Shown here in pieces: positions 7,662 to 15,055 of a stretch of DNA of 16,183 nucleotides. Location of the stretch: UHGV virus genome UHGV-0286155; one strand, written 5' to 3'. This stretch comes from a virus. The notes under the pieces were generated by a model, which did no database searches, was not told where the DNA came from, and saw nothing but the letters and a program-made list of their open reading frames with translations. The position numbers and the translations under genes were made by a program. How positions within the stretch are numbered: position 1 is the first letter of the stretch; each line of letters begins with the position of its first letter.

Positions 7662-7865
7662 ATGAACCGTTATTTCACATGCTCGTTTTGTGGCGCAAAC
7701 GAGCTGCAGGCAAAAAAAATCATCGCCAAAGGCGGAAAAGATGAAGTTGCTATCTGCTCTGAGTGCGTAGTCTTGTGTGTCGGGGCATTAATCAATATCA
7801 GCACAACTATTCAGTTCACACCAAATGAGAATGCGCCTTTAGATGCGAGGAAATCTGGAGGTTAA
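7662..7865 (+). CDS. small protein with ClpX-type C4 zinc-binding domain
   Basis: YFTCSFCGANELQAKKIIAKGGKDEVAICSECVVLCVGAL aligns from memory with the ClpX N-domain [37 protein letters not shown], including both Cys pairs. Start chosen at the ATG at 7662; the track start is 7644. Confidence 0.55.
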   Translation: MNRYFTCSFCGANELQAKKIIAKGGKDEVAICSECVVLCVGALINISTTIQFTPNENAPLDARKSGG

Positions 7866-7924
7866 AGAACAAAATGAAAGTCCAGATTTTAAACAATAAC
7901 TGTGAAGTCGTTTGGGCGTAAAAC

Positions 7925-8131
7925 ATGACCGCGCGTAGACCAAGGGAGGAAAAAGTGGGAATAGTTAGAAATCAAGCAGATATATTGAAAATCAGCTCTG
8001 AATTGCTTGGAGTTTTGAAAAGTGAGCTCACCGCACATGGCATCGAGCCCACTGACGAAAATTTAAGTTGGGTTTTGTCGATTATTCAACAATCACTCAA
8101 GCCCAGCCTCAGCAAACTTTTTATCGAGTAG
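7925..8131 (+). CDS. hypothetical small protein
   Basis: 68-aa ORF in the operon orientation. No recognisable family; not N-like, as it lacks an Arg-rich motif. Confidence 0.25.
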   Translation: MTARRPREEKVGIVRNQADILKISSELLGVLKSELTAHGIEPTDENLSWVLSIIQQSLKPSLSKLFIE

Positions 8132-8284
8132 TGCTTCGAACTTATCGTAAAGCTTGCTTATGTCGTCTATCGGGTTTTCTGACGTACTGTAATTTTTATC
8201 TGATGTCATGGCAGCAGTCTGATATGCAGTGTGAGTCTTAACCGATAGTTGGAATAAATAAAGAATTTTTTCTTCTTTGGTCAT
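8093..8284 (-). CDS. hypothetical small protein, antisense to the operon
   Basis: The ATG at 8284 is preceded by an AAGGAAA RBS. 63 aa. Its 3' end overlaps the 7925..8131 ORF by 39 nt. Confidence 0.3.
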   Translation of the reverse strand: MTKEEKILYLFQLSVKTHTAYQTAAMTSDKNYSTSENPIDDISKLYDKFEALLDKKFAEAGLE

Positions 8285-8394
8285 AACTATTTCCTTCTTG
8301 GCTATATGAAAACACCAAGATACCACCGAGCCTGAAGTGGTGAAAAGACAGGCACATAACAGCTAAGTATTTTCAACCAGAGAGAATCCTTAGC

Positions 8395-8710
8395 GTTGTG
8401 GTGAATGCGGCTCAGCGCACGCGGGTTAAGGTTGAGGCTGACAGTCGACCTTCTGTGGATACCCACCCGCCTGGTGTGCAACCTTCGCCAGGCACCGGGA
8501 GGCACCCGGCACCACAACTTTATGCTGTGTGTAGTCTTGGCGGTACCAGCTTGTACCCTTGCTTCCGGCTGGTACCGTCCTTTTTACAAAACAGAGAAGA
8601 GCATCACCGGACGACGGGCTCATAACCCAATCCATCCGGGCGGCTGCCACCGCAGGTGTTCTTCTCTGTTTTGTGGAGAAACTAACCGCCCCTACGGGGG
8701 CATTTATGGA
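8395..8710. ncRNA. candidate structured non-coding RNA locus, strand undetermined
   Basis: GC-rich stretch carrying only mutually overlapping ORFs in several frames with implausible Arg/Cys/Pro-rich products. Nested inverted repeats: GGTACCAGC/GCTGGTACC (8542-8576), a 14-bp long-range stem ACAAAACAGAGAAG/CTTCTCTGTTTTGT (8586-8599 with 8661-8674), CCGGG-AGGCA-CCCGG (8495-8509), and GCCCC-UACG-GGGGC (8688-8701) followed by AUUUAU. Confidence 0.3.
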
Positions 8711-8798
8711 AATGTAATTGACTCAATAATCGCCGGACGGTGAGGGCCTCCTTTTACCCGAATTCAGCGCGGTGCAGCGCATATACGTGGAGAACAAA

Positions 8799-9335
8799 AT
8801 GTCATTTATTAAAACTTTTTCCGGGAAGCATTTTTATTATGACAGGATAAATAAAGACGACATCGTTATTAACGATATCGCGGTTTCCCTTTCAAATATC
8901 TGTCGCTTTGCAGGACATCTTTCACACTTCTACAGTGTCGCCCAACATGCGGTGCTTTGCAGCCAGCTAGTGCCACAGGAATTTGCTTTTGAAGCTTTAA
9001 TGCATGATGCAACAGAAGCATATTGCCAGGACATCCCCGCACCACTGAAACGACTTCTTCCTGACTATAAACGGATGGAAGAAAAAATAGACGCCGTAAT
9101 CCGTGAGAAATACGGGTTACCTCCTGTTATGAGCACGCCAGTGAAATATGCCGATCTCATTATGCTGGCAACCGAACGCCGCGATCTCGGGCTTGATGAT
9201 GGCTCTTTCTGGCCTGTACTGGAAGGTATCCCGGCAACAGAGATGTTCAAAGTGATTCCACAGGCACCGGGCCATGCCTACGGGATGTTTATGGAACGTT
9301 TTAACGAGTTATCGGAGTTACGCAAATGCGCATGA
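8799..9335 (+). CDS. HD-domain phosphohydrolase (YfdR-like)
   Basis: H...HD...D metal-binding pattern (SVAQHAVL, ALMHDATEA, CQDIPAPLKRLL). GGAGAA RBS before the ATG at 8799 gives a 178-aa product, matching from memory the length of E. coli YfdR. Confidence 0.7.
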   Translation: MSFIKTFSGKHFYYDRINKDDIVINDIAVSLSNICRFAGHLSHFYSVAQHAVLCSQLVPQEFAFEALMHDATEAYCQDIPAPLKRLLPDYKRMEEKIDAVIREKYGLPPVMSTPVKYADLIMLATERRDLGLDDGSFWPVLEGIPATEMFKVIPQAPGHAYGMFMERFNELSELRKCA

Positions 9336-9688
9336 ATGTTTTCGAAATGGAAGGGTTTCTTCGTGGGAGATGTGTACCGCGAGATCTGAAAGTGAATGAA
9401 ACAGATGCTGAATACCTGGTGCGTAAATTCGATGCGCTTGAAGCTAAATGTGCAGCACAGGAAAACAAAGTAATACCAGTGTCAACTGAACTGCCACCAG
9501 CAAATGAAAGTGTTTTGTTATTCGATGCTAACGGAGAAGGCTGGCTAATTGGCTGGCGTTCTCTCTGGTACACCTGGGGACAAAAAGAAACCGGAGAATG
9601 GCAGTGGACATTTCAGGTCGGGAGCCTTGAAAACGTCAATATCACTCACTGGGCAGTAATGCCAAAAGCACCGGAGGCTGGAGCATAA
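9326..9688 (+). CDS. small Trp-rich prophage protein (DUF551/YfdS-like)
   Basis: 120 aa with a Trp-rich C-terminal half (GWLIGWRSLWYTWGQKETGEWQWTF). Start overlaps the HD gene stop. Size and position after the HD gene parallel yfdS from memory. Confidence 0.4.
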   Translation: MRMNVFEMEGFLRGRCVPRDLKVNETDAEYLVRKFDALEAKCAAQENKVIPVSTELPPANESVLLFDANGEGWLIGWRSLWYTWGQKETGEWQWTFQVGSLENVNITHWAVMPKAPEAGA

Positions 9689-9993
9689 TGACCACTTTTA
9701 CCGACAAAGAACTGATTAAAGAAATTAAAGAGCGTATCAGCAGCCTTGACGTGCGAGACGATATTGAGCGCCGTGCTTATGAAATCGCACTCCTATCTCT
9801 GGAAGTAGAACCAGATGAACGCGAAGCTTATGAATTATTCATGGAAAAGCGTTTCGGTGACTTAGTAGATCGTCGGAGAGCAAAAAACGGCGATAACGAA
9901 TACATGGCATGGGATATGACTCTCGGTTGGATCGTCTGGCAGCAACGAGCAGGTCTCCATTTTTCAACAATGTCACAACAAGAGGTGAAATAA
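9688..9993 (+). CDS. hypothetical protein (YfdT-like by position)
   Basis: 101-aa ORF. The ATG overlaps the upstream stop as TAATG with a GGAG RBS. Acidic and helical in composition. Confidence 0.4.
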   Translation: MTTFTDKELIKEIKERISSLDVRDDIERRAYEIALLSLEVEPDEREAYELFMEKRFGDLVDRRRAKNGDNEYMAWDMTLGWIVWQQRAGLHFSTMSQQEVK

Positions 9994-10343
9994 TGGAGCC
10001 ATACAGCCTCACACTCGATGAGGCCTGTCATTTTCTCAAGATATCCAGACCGACTGCCATTAACTGGATACGCACAGGGCGTCTTCAGGCAACACGCAAA
10101 GATCCCACTAAGAATAAATCTCCTTACCTCACAACACGACAAGCCTGCATTGCGGCTCTTCAGTCTCCGCTGCATACTGTCCAGGTGAGCGCGGGTGATG
10201 GCATAACAGAGGAAAGAAAATGTCACTCTTCCGCAGAGGTGAAATATGGTACGCCAGTTTCACATTGCCGAACGGTAAAAGATTTAAACAGTCTCTTGGA
10301 ACAAAGGACAAAAGGCAGGCGACAGAACTCCATGACAAGCTAA
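9993..10343 (+). CDS. xis: excisionase (Xis), P22-like long form
   Basis: Start at the ATG at 9993 (GAGGTG RBS, TAATG overlap with the upstream stop). HTH-like [26 protein letters not shown]. 116 codons. Directly upstream of int, overlapping its 5' end by about 124 nt. Confidence 0.5.
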   Translation: MEPYSLTLDEACHFLKISRPTAINWIRTGRLQATRKDPTKNKSPYLTTRQACIAALQSPLHTVQVSAGDGITEERKCHSSAEVKYGTPVSHCRTVKDLNSLLEQRTKGRRQNSMTS

Positions 10344-11383
10344 AGGCTGAAGCATGGCGGGTCAGCAAACTTGGTGAAATACCTGATATAACGTTCGAGG
10401 AAGCGTGTGTCAGGTGGCTTGAAGAGAAAGCACATAAAAAATCACTGGACGATGACAAAAGCCGGATCGGATTCTGGCTTCAACATTTCGCAGGAATGCA
10501 ACTAAGAGACATTACTGAATCAAAAATTTATTCAGCAATGCAGAAAATGACGAACCGGCGTCATGAGGAAAACTGGAAACTCAGGGCAGAAGCATGCAGA
10601 AAAAAAGGGAAACCTGTTCCAGAATACACGCCAAAACCAGCGTCCGTTGCAACGAAGGCTACGCATCTTTCATTTATAAAGGCCCTACTAAGAGCCGCAG
10701 AGCGTGAATGGAAAATGCTGGATAAGGCACCAATTATTAAAGTGCCCCAACCAAAGAATAAACGGATCCGCTGGCTGGAGCCCCATGAAGCACAAAGGCT
10801 GATTGATGAATGTCCGGAGCCATTAAAGTCTGTTGTTGAATTTGCACTGGCAACAGGCTTAAGACGCTCGAACATCATCAACCTTGAATGGCAACAAATA
10901 GATATGCAGCGCCGGGTGGCATGGATAAACCCGGAAGAGAGTAAATCAAACCGCGCAATTGGCGTTGCGCTGAATGATACTGCATGTCGCGTATTGAAAA
11001 AACAAATCGGGAATCATCACCGTTGGGTATTTGTGTACAAGGAAAGCTGTACCAAACCAGACGGAACGAAAGCGCCAACAGTCAGGAAGATGCGGTATGA
11101 CGCAAACACAGCCTGGAAAGCGGCGCTGAGACGGGCTGGTATTGATGATTTCAGATTTCACGACTTGAGACACACATGGGCAAGTTGGCTGGTTCAAGCC
11201 GGAGTCCCGTTGTCAGTGTTACAGGAAATGGGAGGCTGGGAGTCTATCGAAATGGTTCGTCGATATGCTCACCTTGCACCTAATCACCTTACCGAACACG
11301 CACGGCAAATAGACTCGATCCTAAACCCATCGGTCCCAAATTTGTCCCAGTCAAAAAATAAGGAAGGTACTAATGATGTGTAA
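10220..11383 (+). CDS. int: tyrosine integrase, lambda/P22 family
   Basis: 387 aa. N-terminal arm-binding domain [27 protein letters not shown]. Catalytic signature residues in GLRRSN, HDLRHT and the Tyr in VRRYAHL. The gene ends 14 nt before the tRNA-Thr 3' segment. Confidence 0.9.
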   Translation: MSLFRRGEIWYASFTLPNGKRFKQSLGTKDKRQATELHDKLKAEAWRVSKLGEIPDITFEEACVRWLEEKAHKKSLDDDKSRIGFWLQHFAGMQLRDITESKIYSAMQKMTNRRHEENWKLRAEACRKKGKPVPEYTPKPASVATKATHLSFIKALLRAAEREWKMLDKAPIIKVPQPKNKRIRWLEPHEAQRLIDECPEPLKSVVEFALATGLRRSNIINLEWQQIDMQRRVAWINPEESKSNRAIGVALNDTACRVLKKQIGNHHRWVFVYKESCTKPDGTKAPTVRKMRYDANTAWKAALRRAGIDDFRFHDLRHTWASWLVQAGVPLSVLQEMGGWESIEMVRRYAHLAPNHLTEHARQIDSILNPSVPNLSQSKNKEGTNDV

Positions 11384-11397
11384 CTTATTGATTTAAA

Positions 11398-11446
11398 TGG
11401 TGCCGATAATAGGAGTCGAACCTACGACCTTCGCATTACGAATGCG
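11398..11446 (-). tRNA. partial tRNA-Thr(CGU): 3' 49 nt only, att core
   Basis: The reverse complement CGCATTCGTAATGCGAAGGTCGTAGGTTCGACTCCTATTATCGGCACCA matches the anticodon arm through the 3' CCA of enterobacterial thrW as I recall it. The D-arm and 5' acceptor strand are absent; sequence beyond 11446 is unrelated. Confidence 0.75.
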
Positions 11447-11629
11447 AAGTTTTTATATTTTAACTGCTTGAACAACCATCAGAAATCACAAATTTATCAT
11501 TTTAAATCATAATATTAAAACAAAAAACCTGTTGATGTAAATTGATGAGTGTTGATGTTTATCCTTTCAATTTACTTACACCAGCCGTTACATTACTGTA
11601 AACCGTAATCCCCAACAGGAACCCTAAAA

Positions 11630-12949
11630 ATGGCGCTTTCAAGACAAAAACTAACCTTCGAACGAATTCGAAGATTTACTTTACCTGAAGGGAAAAACCA
11701 AGTTTTCCTTTGGGATACGGACGTAACAAGCTTGGCATGTCGAGCAACTCGTGGAGCAAAAGCCTTTGTATTCCAAAGCCTGTATGCGGGAAAAACCCTT
11801 CGCATGACCATTGGCAACATTAACGATTGGAGGATTGATGATGCGAGGGCCGAAGCCAGGCGACTGCAAACATTAATCGATACTGGGATAGATCCGCGTA
11901 TAGCTAAGGCGGAAAAAATTGCTGAAGCGGAATCACAGCAGGCTGAATCTCGTAAAACGAAGGCAACCTTTTCAAGCGCTTGGGAAGATTATCTTGATGA
12001 ATTGAGAACCGGAATCAGCGCAAAAACTAAACGCCCCTACTCTGCACGCTACATTGCCGATCACGTTAACTTGTCCAGTCGTGGAGGCGAAAGTAAAAAA
12101 AGAGGCCGGGGCTCAACCTCACCTGGGCCACTGGCTAGCCTGCTCGACCGACCATTATCAGAACTAACACCAGAGAACATTGCCGAATGGCTAAGTACAG
12201 AGAGACAAAATCGGCCTACCGTCACTGCTCATGCCTACCGTCTGTTGCGTGCATTCATCAAATGGGCTAATTACCAGAAAAAATATCAGGGAATAATCCA
12301 TGGCGATCTTGCACAAGATCATAACGTGAGAAAAATGGTTCCAATATCAGCGAGCAAAGCGGGAGATTGCTTACAAAAAGAACAGCTCAAAAGCTGGTTC
12401 AGTGCCGTGCGTAGCCTCAATAATCCCATTGCATCAGCCTATCTCCAAGTGCTTTTGCTCACCGGTGCACGGCGTGAAGAAATTTCCTCACTTCGCTGGT
12501 CTGACATAGATTTCAAATGGTCAAGCATGAGAATTAAAGACAAGATCGAAGGCGAGCGAATTATCCCCCTCACTCCCTATGTTTCTTACTTGTTACGCTC
12601 ACTGATGGAGATCCCTAATCGTGGTACAAACGAGGAGAATTGGGTTTTCAGAAGTAACAGCAAAAGTGGCAAAATTATTGAACCGCGTTCAGCACATAAT
12701 AGAGCATTAACTCGCGCGGAGTTACCACATATCAGCTTGCACGGATTGCGCCGTAGTTTTGGGACCCTCGCTGAATGGGTCGAAGTACCAACAGGTATTG
12801 TTGCGCAGATTATGGGCCATAAGCCTAGCGCTCTTGCTGAAAAGCACTATCGCCGCCGTCCATTAGATTTGCTAAGAAAATGGCATGAAAAAGTTGAATT
12901 ATGGATCTTAGAAGAAGCAAAAATAAAAAACAACGTTGATAAGCGTTGA
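11630..12949 (+). CDS. tyrosine integrase, P4/CP4-type
   Basis: 439 aa. The N-terminal pattern (LTFERIRRFTLPEGKNQVFLWDTDVTSLACR...GIDPR) is typical of P4-like integrases. Catalytic motifs LTGARREE, HGLRRSFGT and the Tyr in AEKHYRR. Begins about 180 nt from the tRNA fragment. Confidence 0.85.
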   Translation: MALSRQKLTFERIRRFTLPEGKNQVFLWDTDVTSLACRATRGAKAFVFQSLYAGKTLRMTIGNINDWRIDDARAEARRLQTLIDTGIDPRIAKAEKIAEAESQQAESRKTKATFSSAWEDYLDELRTGISAKTKRPYSARYIADHVNLSSRGGESKKRGRGSTSPGPLASLLDRPLSELTPENIAEWLSTERQNRPTVTAHAYRLLRAFIKWANYQKKYQGIIHGDLAQDHNVRKMVPISASKAGDCLQKEQLKSWFSAVRSLNNPIASAYLQVLLLTGARREEISSLRWSDIDFKWSSMRIKDKIEGERIIPLTPYVSYLLRSLMEIPNRGTNEENWVFRSNSKSGKIIEPRSAHNRALTRAELPHISLHGLRRSFGTLAEWVEVPTGIVAQIMGHKPSALAEKHYRRRPLDLLRKWHEKVELWILEEAKIKNNVDKR

Positions 12950-12985
12950 TTTTATCAAATATCAACAACTTACATAAAATCACAT

Positions 12986-13489
12986 GTGTTGACAGAAATT
13001 TTTTTTCAGTTATCTTTTATTACTGCTAACTACATTCACTCACTAAGCAGGAGATTAACTACAGTGACTAACCCAATAACTGTATCAAGAGAAGACCGAA
13101 GTGCGGAAATCAGAGCGAGATGGGGTTTACATCCGACTAAAAACAAAAGTTCTAATTTTTGGGAAACAACAATTCAGCGTTTTAATAATAGTAGTACTGA
13201 CCGAATACTACCTCTTTGGCACCGTGTTTCAAAACTTTTAGTTGCTATTAGGAATGTAGTCAATACTATAACATGCCCTTTTCCACCAAAGGGGAATACT
13301 TCCCGCTCACGCCGAGGTTCAACAACGTCATCAAAAAACTCATCATCATCTTCATCGGATGGTAGTAGTAGCGACCCCGATCCCGATAGAGACCCCATAT
13401 TCACCCCTTTTCATTTCATTCTTTCATCTCTTTTAAAAACAATGATCGTTTTATTTGCCCACATATCAAATGTTGGGGTGATGAAATGA
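12986..13489 (+). CDS. hypothetical low-complexity protein (doubtful)
   Basis: ORF with a GTG start whose stop overlaps the alpA-like ATG as ATGA. An alternative in-frame GTG at 13064 follows an AGGAGA RBS. The product is Ser/Asp-rich and of low complexity, and a 76-aa acidic ORF lies on the opposite strand (13174..13404). The coding strand is unresolved. Confidence 0.2.
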   Translation: MLTEIFFQLSFITANYIHSLSRRLTTVTNPITVSREDRSAEIRARWGLHPTKNKSSNFWETTIQRFNNSSTDRILPLWHRVSKLLVAIRNVVNTITCPFPPKGNTSRSRRGSTTSSKNSSSSSSDGSSSDPDPDRDPIFTPFHFILSSLLKTMIVLFAHISNVGVMK

Positions 13490-13707
13490 GCGATATCAAA
13501 CATCAAAAACCCTCTCAGTCACAACTAATTTCTACCCGCGAGTTAGCTAATATTATTGGCTATGAAGTACAAACTATTCGAGCTTGGCTTTGCAAAGACA
13601 AACTGCCTAATGGTTTACCGCGACCGAAGAAAATTAAAAACCGACATTATTGGTCACGTAAAGACATTGATAGATACCTATTAACCTTCTCAGTATATAG
13701 TAACTAA
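13486..13707 (+). CDS. AlpA-family HTH regulator/excisionase-like protein
   Basis: 73 aa. LISTRELANIIGYEVQTIRAWLCKDKLP matches the AlpA/phage-excisionase HTH pattern. Sits downstream of a P4-like integrase as in CP4-type islands. Confidence 0.6.
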   Translation: MSDIKHQKPSQSQLISTRELANIIGYEVQTIRAWLCKDKLPNGLPRPKKIKNRHYWSRKDIDRYLLTFSVYSN

Positions 13708-13720
13708 TAGAGGCCTCCCC

Positions 13721-13752
13721 CGGCTATTCTAAAGAATAGCCGGGTTAGTTAA
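13721..13752 (+). terminator. candidate intrinsic terminator after the alpA-like gene
   Basis: Perfect 11-bp stem CCCGGCTATTC/GAATAGCCGGG with a TAAA loop, followed by TTAGTT. Confidence 0.45.
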
Positions 13753-13829
13753 TACAAACCATCCATTAACAATGGGGGGAGATTAATACTATTTATCACA
13801 TCTCACATTAACAAAATTCAAGGTCACAT

Positions 13830-14594
13830 ATGAAAAAACGCATCACTTTCAGCGTAAACAATAGTTCTACTATTGATGCAATTGACGACTATAGCAATGC
13901 AAAAGGATACTCCAGGTCAGAGGTGATATCATTTTTATTAAACGCCACAGTCCCAGCATTGAATAAAATAACATCGCAATATCATATAGCTCAAACTTTG
14001 GAGTCAACATTAGGCTGTATTTTTGAAGAGAAGGCCCCGTCAATAGCACGGGGGGAGCCAAAATTAACTTACGAAGAGTTTTTTCATTCCGTCTGGAACA
14101 CTCACATTCGACACCGGAACGAGGTTATCGACCAGAATTTTTATGCACACAAAATATCTCATGATAAGATGGGGAAGAGTGAAAAAAAATTAATTCATGA
14201 AAAGCTCACATACATTATAAAAAGCTTCAATGTAAAAAAAGCAATTTTTATTTACACAGATCGGCGCGTGAACCACAAACATCTAATTGCAGGAGGGTTG
14301 TCAAATATCATACTGATAAAGGAAACAGTTTACGATGGTTGTTTTTTTGATTTGAGCAGCATTGTGATTATGCCAATCTTTGAACTTATTACATTTGGAA
14401 TTGAAGAGGTATTGAAAAGAAATAAAATCCACCATAAACAATCATGCTATTGCTGGATACCAATTTATTACACAAATGATCTAGCGGTAATGGTCCCGGT
14501 GATTGCCGAAGGCGATACACCTCAAAAGGCGATGAAAGGAGGAGATGCCATCATTATTAACCCCTTTAACGGTGAAGTAAACCATACTTTCTGA
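13830..14594 (+). CDS. RHH (ribbon-helix-helix) domain fusion protein, C-terminal domain unknown
   Basis: 254 aa. The N-terminus KRITFSVNNSSTIDAIDDYSNAKGYSRSEVISFLLN fits the CopG/Arc-type RHH pattern. The ~210-aa C-terminal region has no family I can recognise. Gene is visibly AT-rich relative to its neighbours. Confidence 0.5.
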   Translation: MKKRITFSVNNSSTIDAIDDYSNAKGYSRSEVISFLLNATVPALNKITSQYHIAQTLESTLGCIFEEKAPSIARGEPKLTYEEFFHSVWNTHIRHRNEVIDQNFYAHKISHDKMGKSEKKLIHEKLTYIIKSFNVKKAIFIYTDRRVNHKHLIAGGLSNIILIKETVYDGCFFDLSSIVIMPIFELITFGIEEVLKRNKIHHKQSCYCWIPIYYTNDLAVMVPVIAEGDTPQKAMKGGDAIIINPFNGEVNHTF

Positions 14595-14676
14595 TACCAA
14601 TGTTAAGCATAACCACTTAGTTGCATACATCTCGACAGTATGGAGTTAGTACCTAATAGCTTGATGAGGGTAAAAG

Positions 14677-14853
14677 ATGCCTACTAACAAAGCAAAATCA
14701 AAGAAAATTCTAGGAAGACCTGAAGGAAGTAAATATTACCATTTAATTCAGAGTGAGAAGGCTAAGCATTACTCTCAATCCAAGGTGGCAAAGATCTTAG
14801 GAATAAGTATTTCCACGGTAAAAAGACACTGGGATAACGGCATCTTTGGGTGA
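14677..14853 (+). CDS. small HTH protein (58 aa), not in the supplied ORF track
   Basis: ATG at 14677 with a GAGGG RBS, TGA at 14851. My own translation, MPTNKAKSKKILGRPEGSKYYHLIQSEKAKHYSQSKVAKILGISISTVKRHWDNGIFG, contains an HTH-like segment SKVAKILGISISTVKRHW. Confidence 0.3.
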   Translation: MPTNKAKSKKILGRPEGSKYYHLIQSEKAKHYSQSKVAKILGISISTVKRHWDNGIFG

Positions 14854-15055
14854 TTATAATTGCAGAGTTGCTTTTTAAGTATTTTACTGCATGGGTAATG
14901 GGTTGATAACAAGTTTTATTGTTGGAAAGGTATTATATAACAGTCATTACTATTAATAGTTAATTAATATAACTAACCACAGACATTCAGCTATGTCTGA
15001 TCATTTTACTGTATACGGCTATCATAAGCCGTAGGGCTAACTACAGGATCGAAGC

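Noticed and set aside
7925-8131. An N-type antiterminator in the first positions after the repressor
   Set aside because: The 68-aa product has no Arg-rich RNA-binding motif and no visible boxA/boxB partner. Kept only as a hypothetical ORF.
8395-8710. Retron msr/msd, tRNA or tmRNA as the identity of the structured region
   Set aside because: There is no reverse transcriptase gene anywhere in the window, no GGTTCGA-type T-loop and no match to the tmRNA sequence as I recall it.
8302-8743. ORFs 8302..8517(-), 8398..8625(+), 8405..8743(+), 8426..8650(-) as protein-coding genes
   Set aside because: Four mutually overlapping ORFs on both strands in a GC-rich segment full of inverted repeats, with no RBS and implausible compositions. 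More consistent with a structured RNA or regulatory region.
11398-11473. An intact tRNA-Thr gene
   Set aside because: Only the 3' 49 nt (anticodon arm through CCA) match. Sequence beyond 11446 does not encode the D-arm or 5' acceptor strand, so this is an att core fragment.
9065-11869. ORFs 9065..9250(-), 9301..9573(-), 9828..10226(-), 10129..10458(-), 10561..10881(-), 10878..11078(-), 10946..11197(-), 11593..11820(-), 11681..11869(-)
   Set aside because: Antisense shadow ORFs within the HD, DUF551, xis and two integrase genes.
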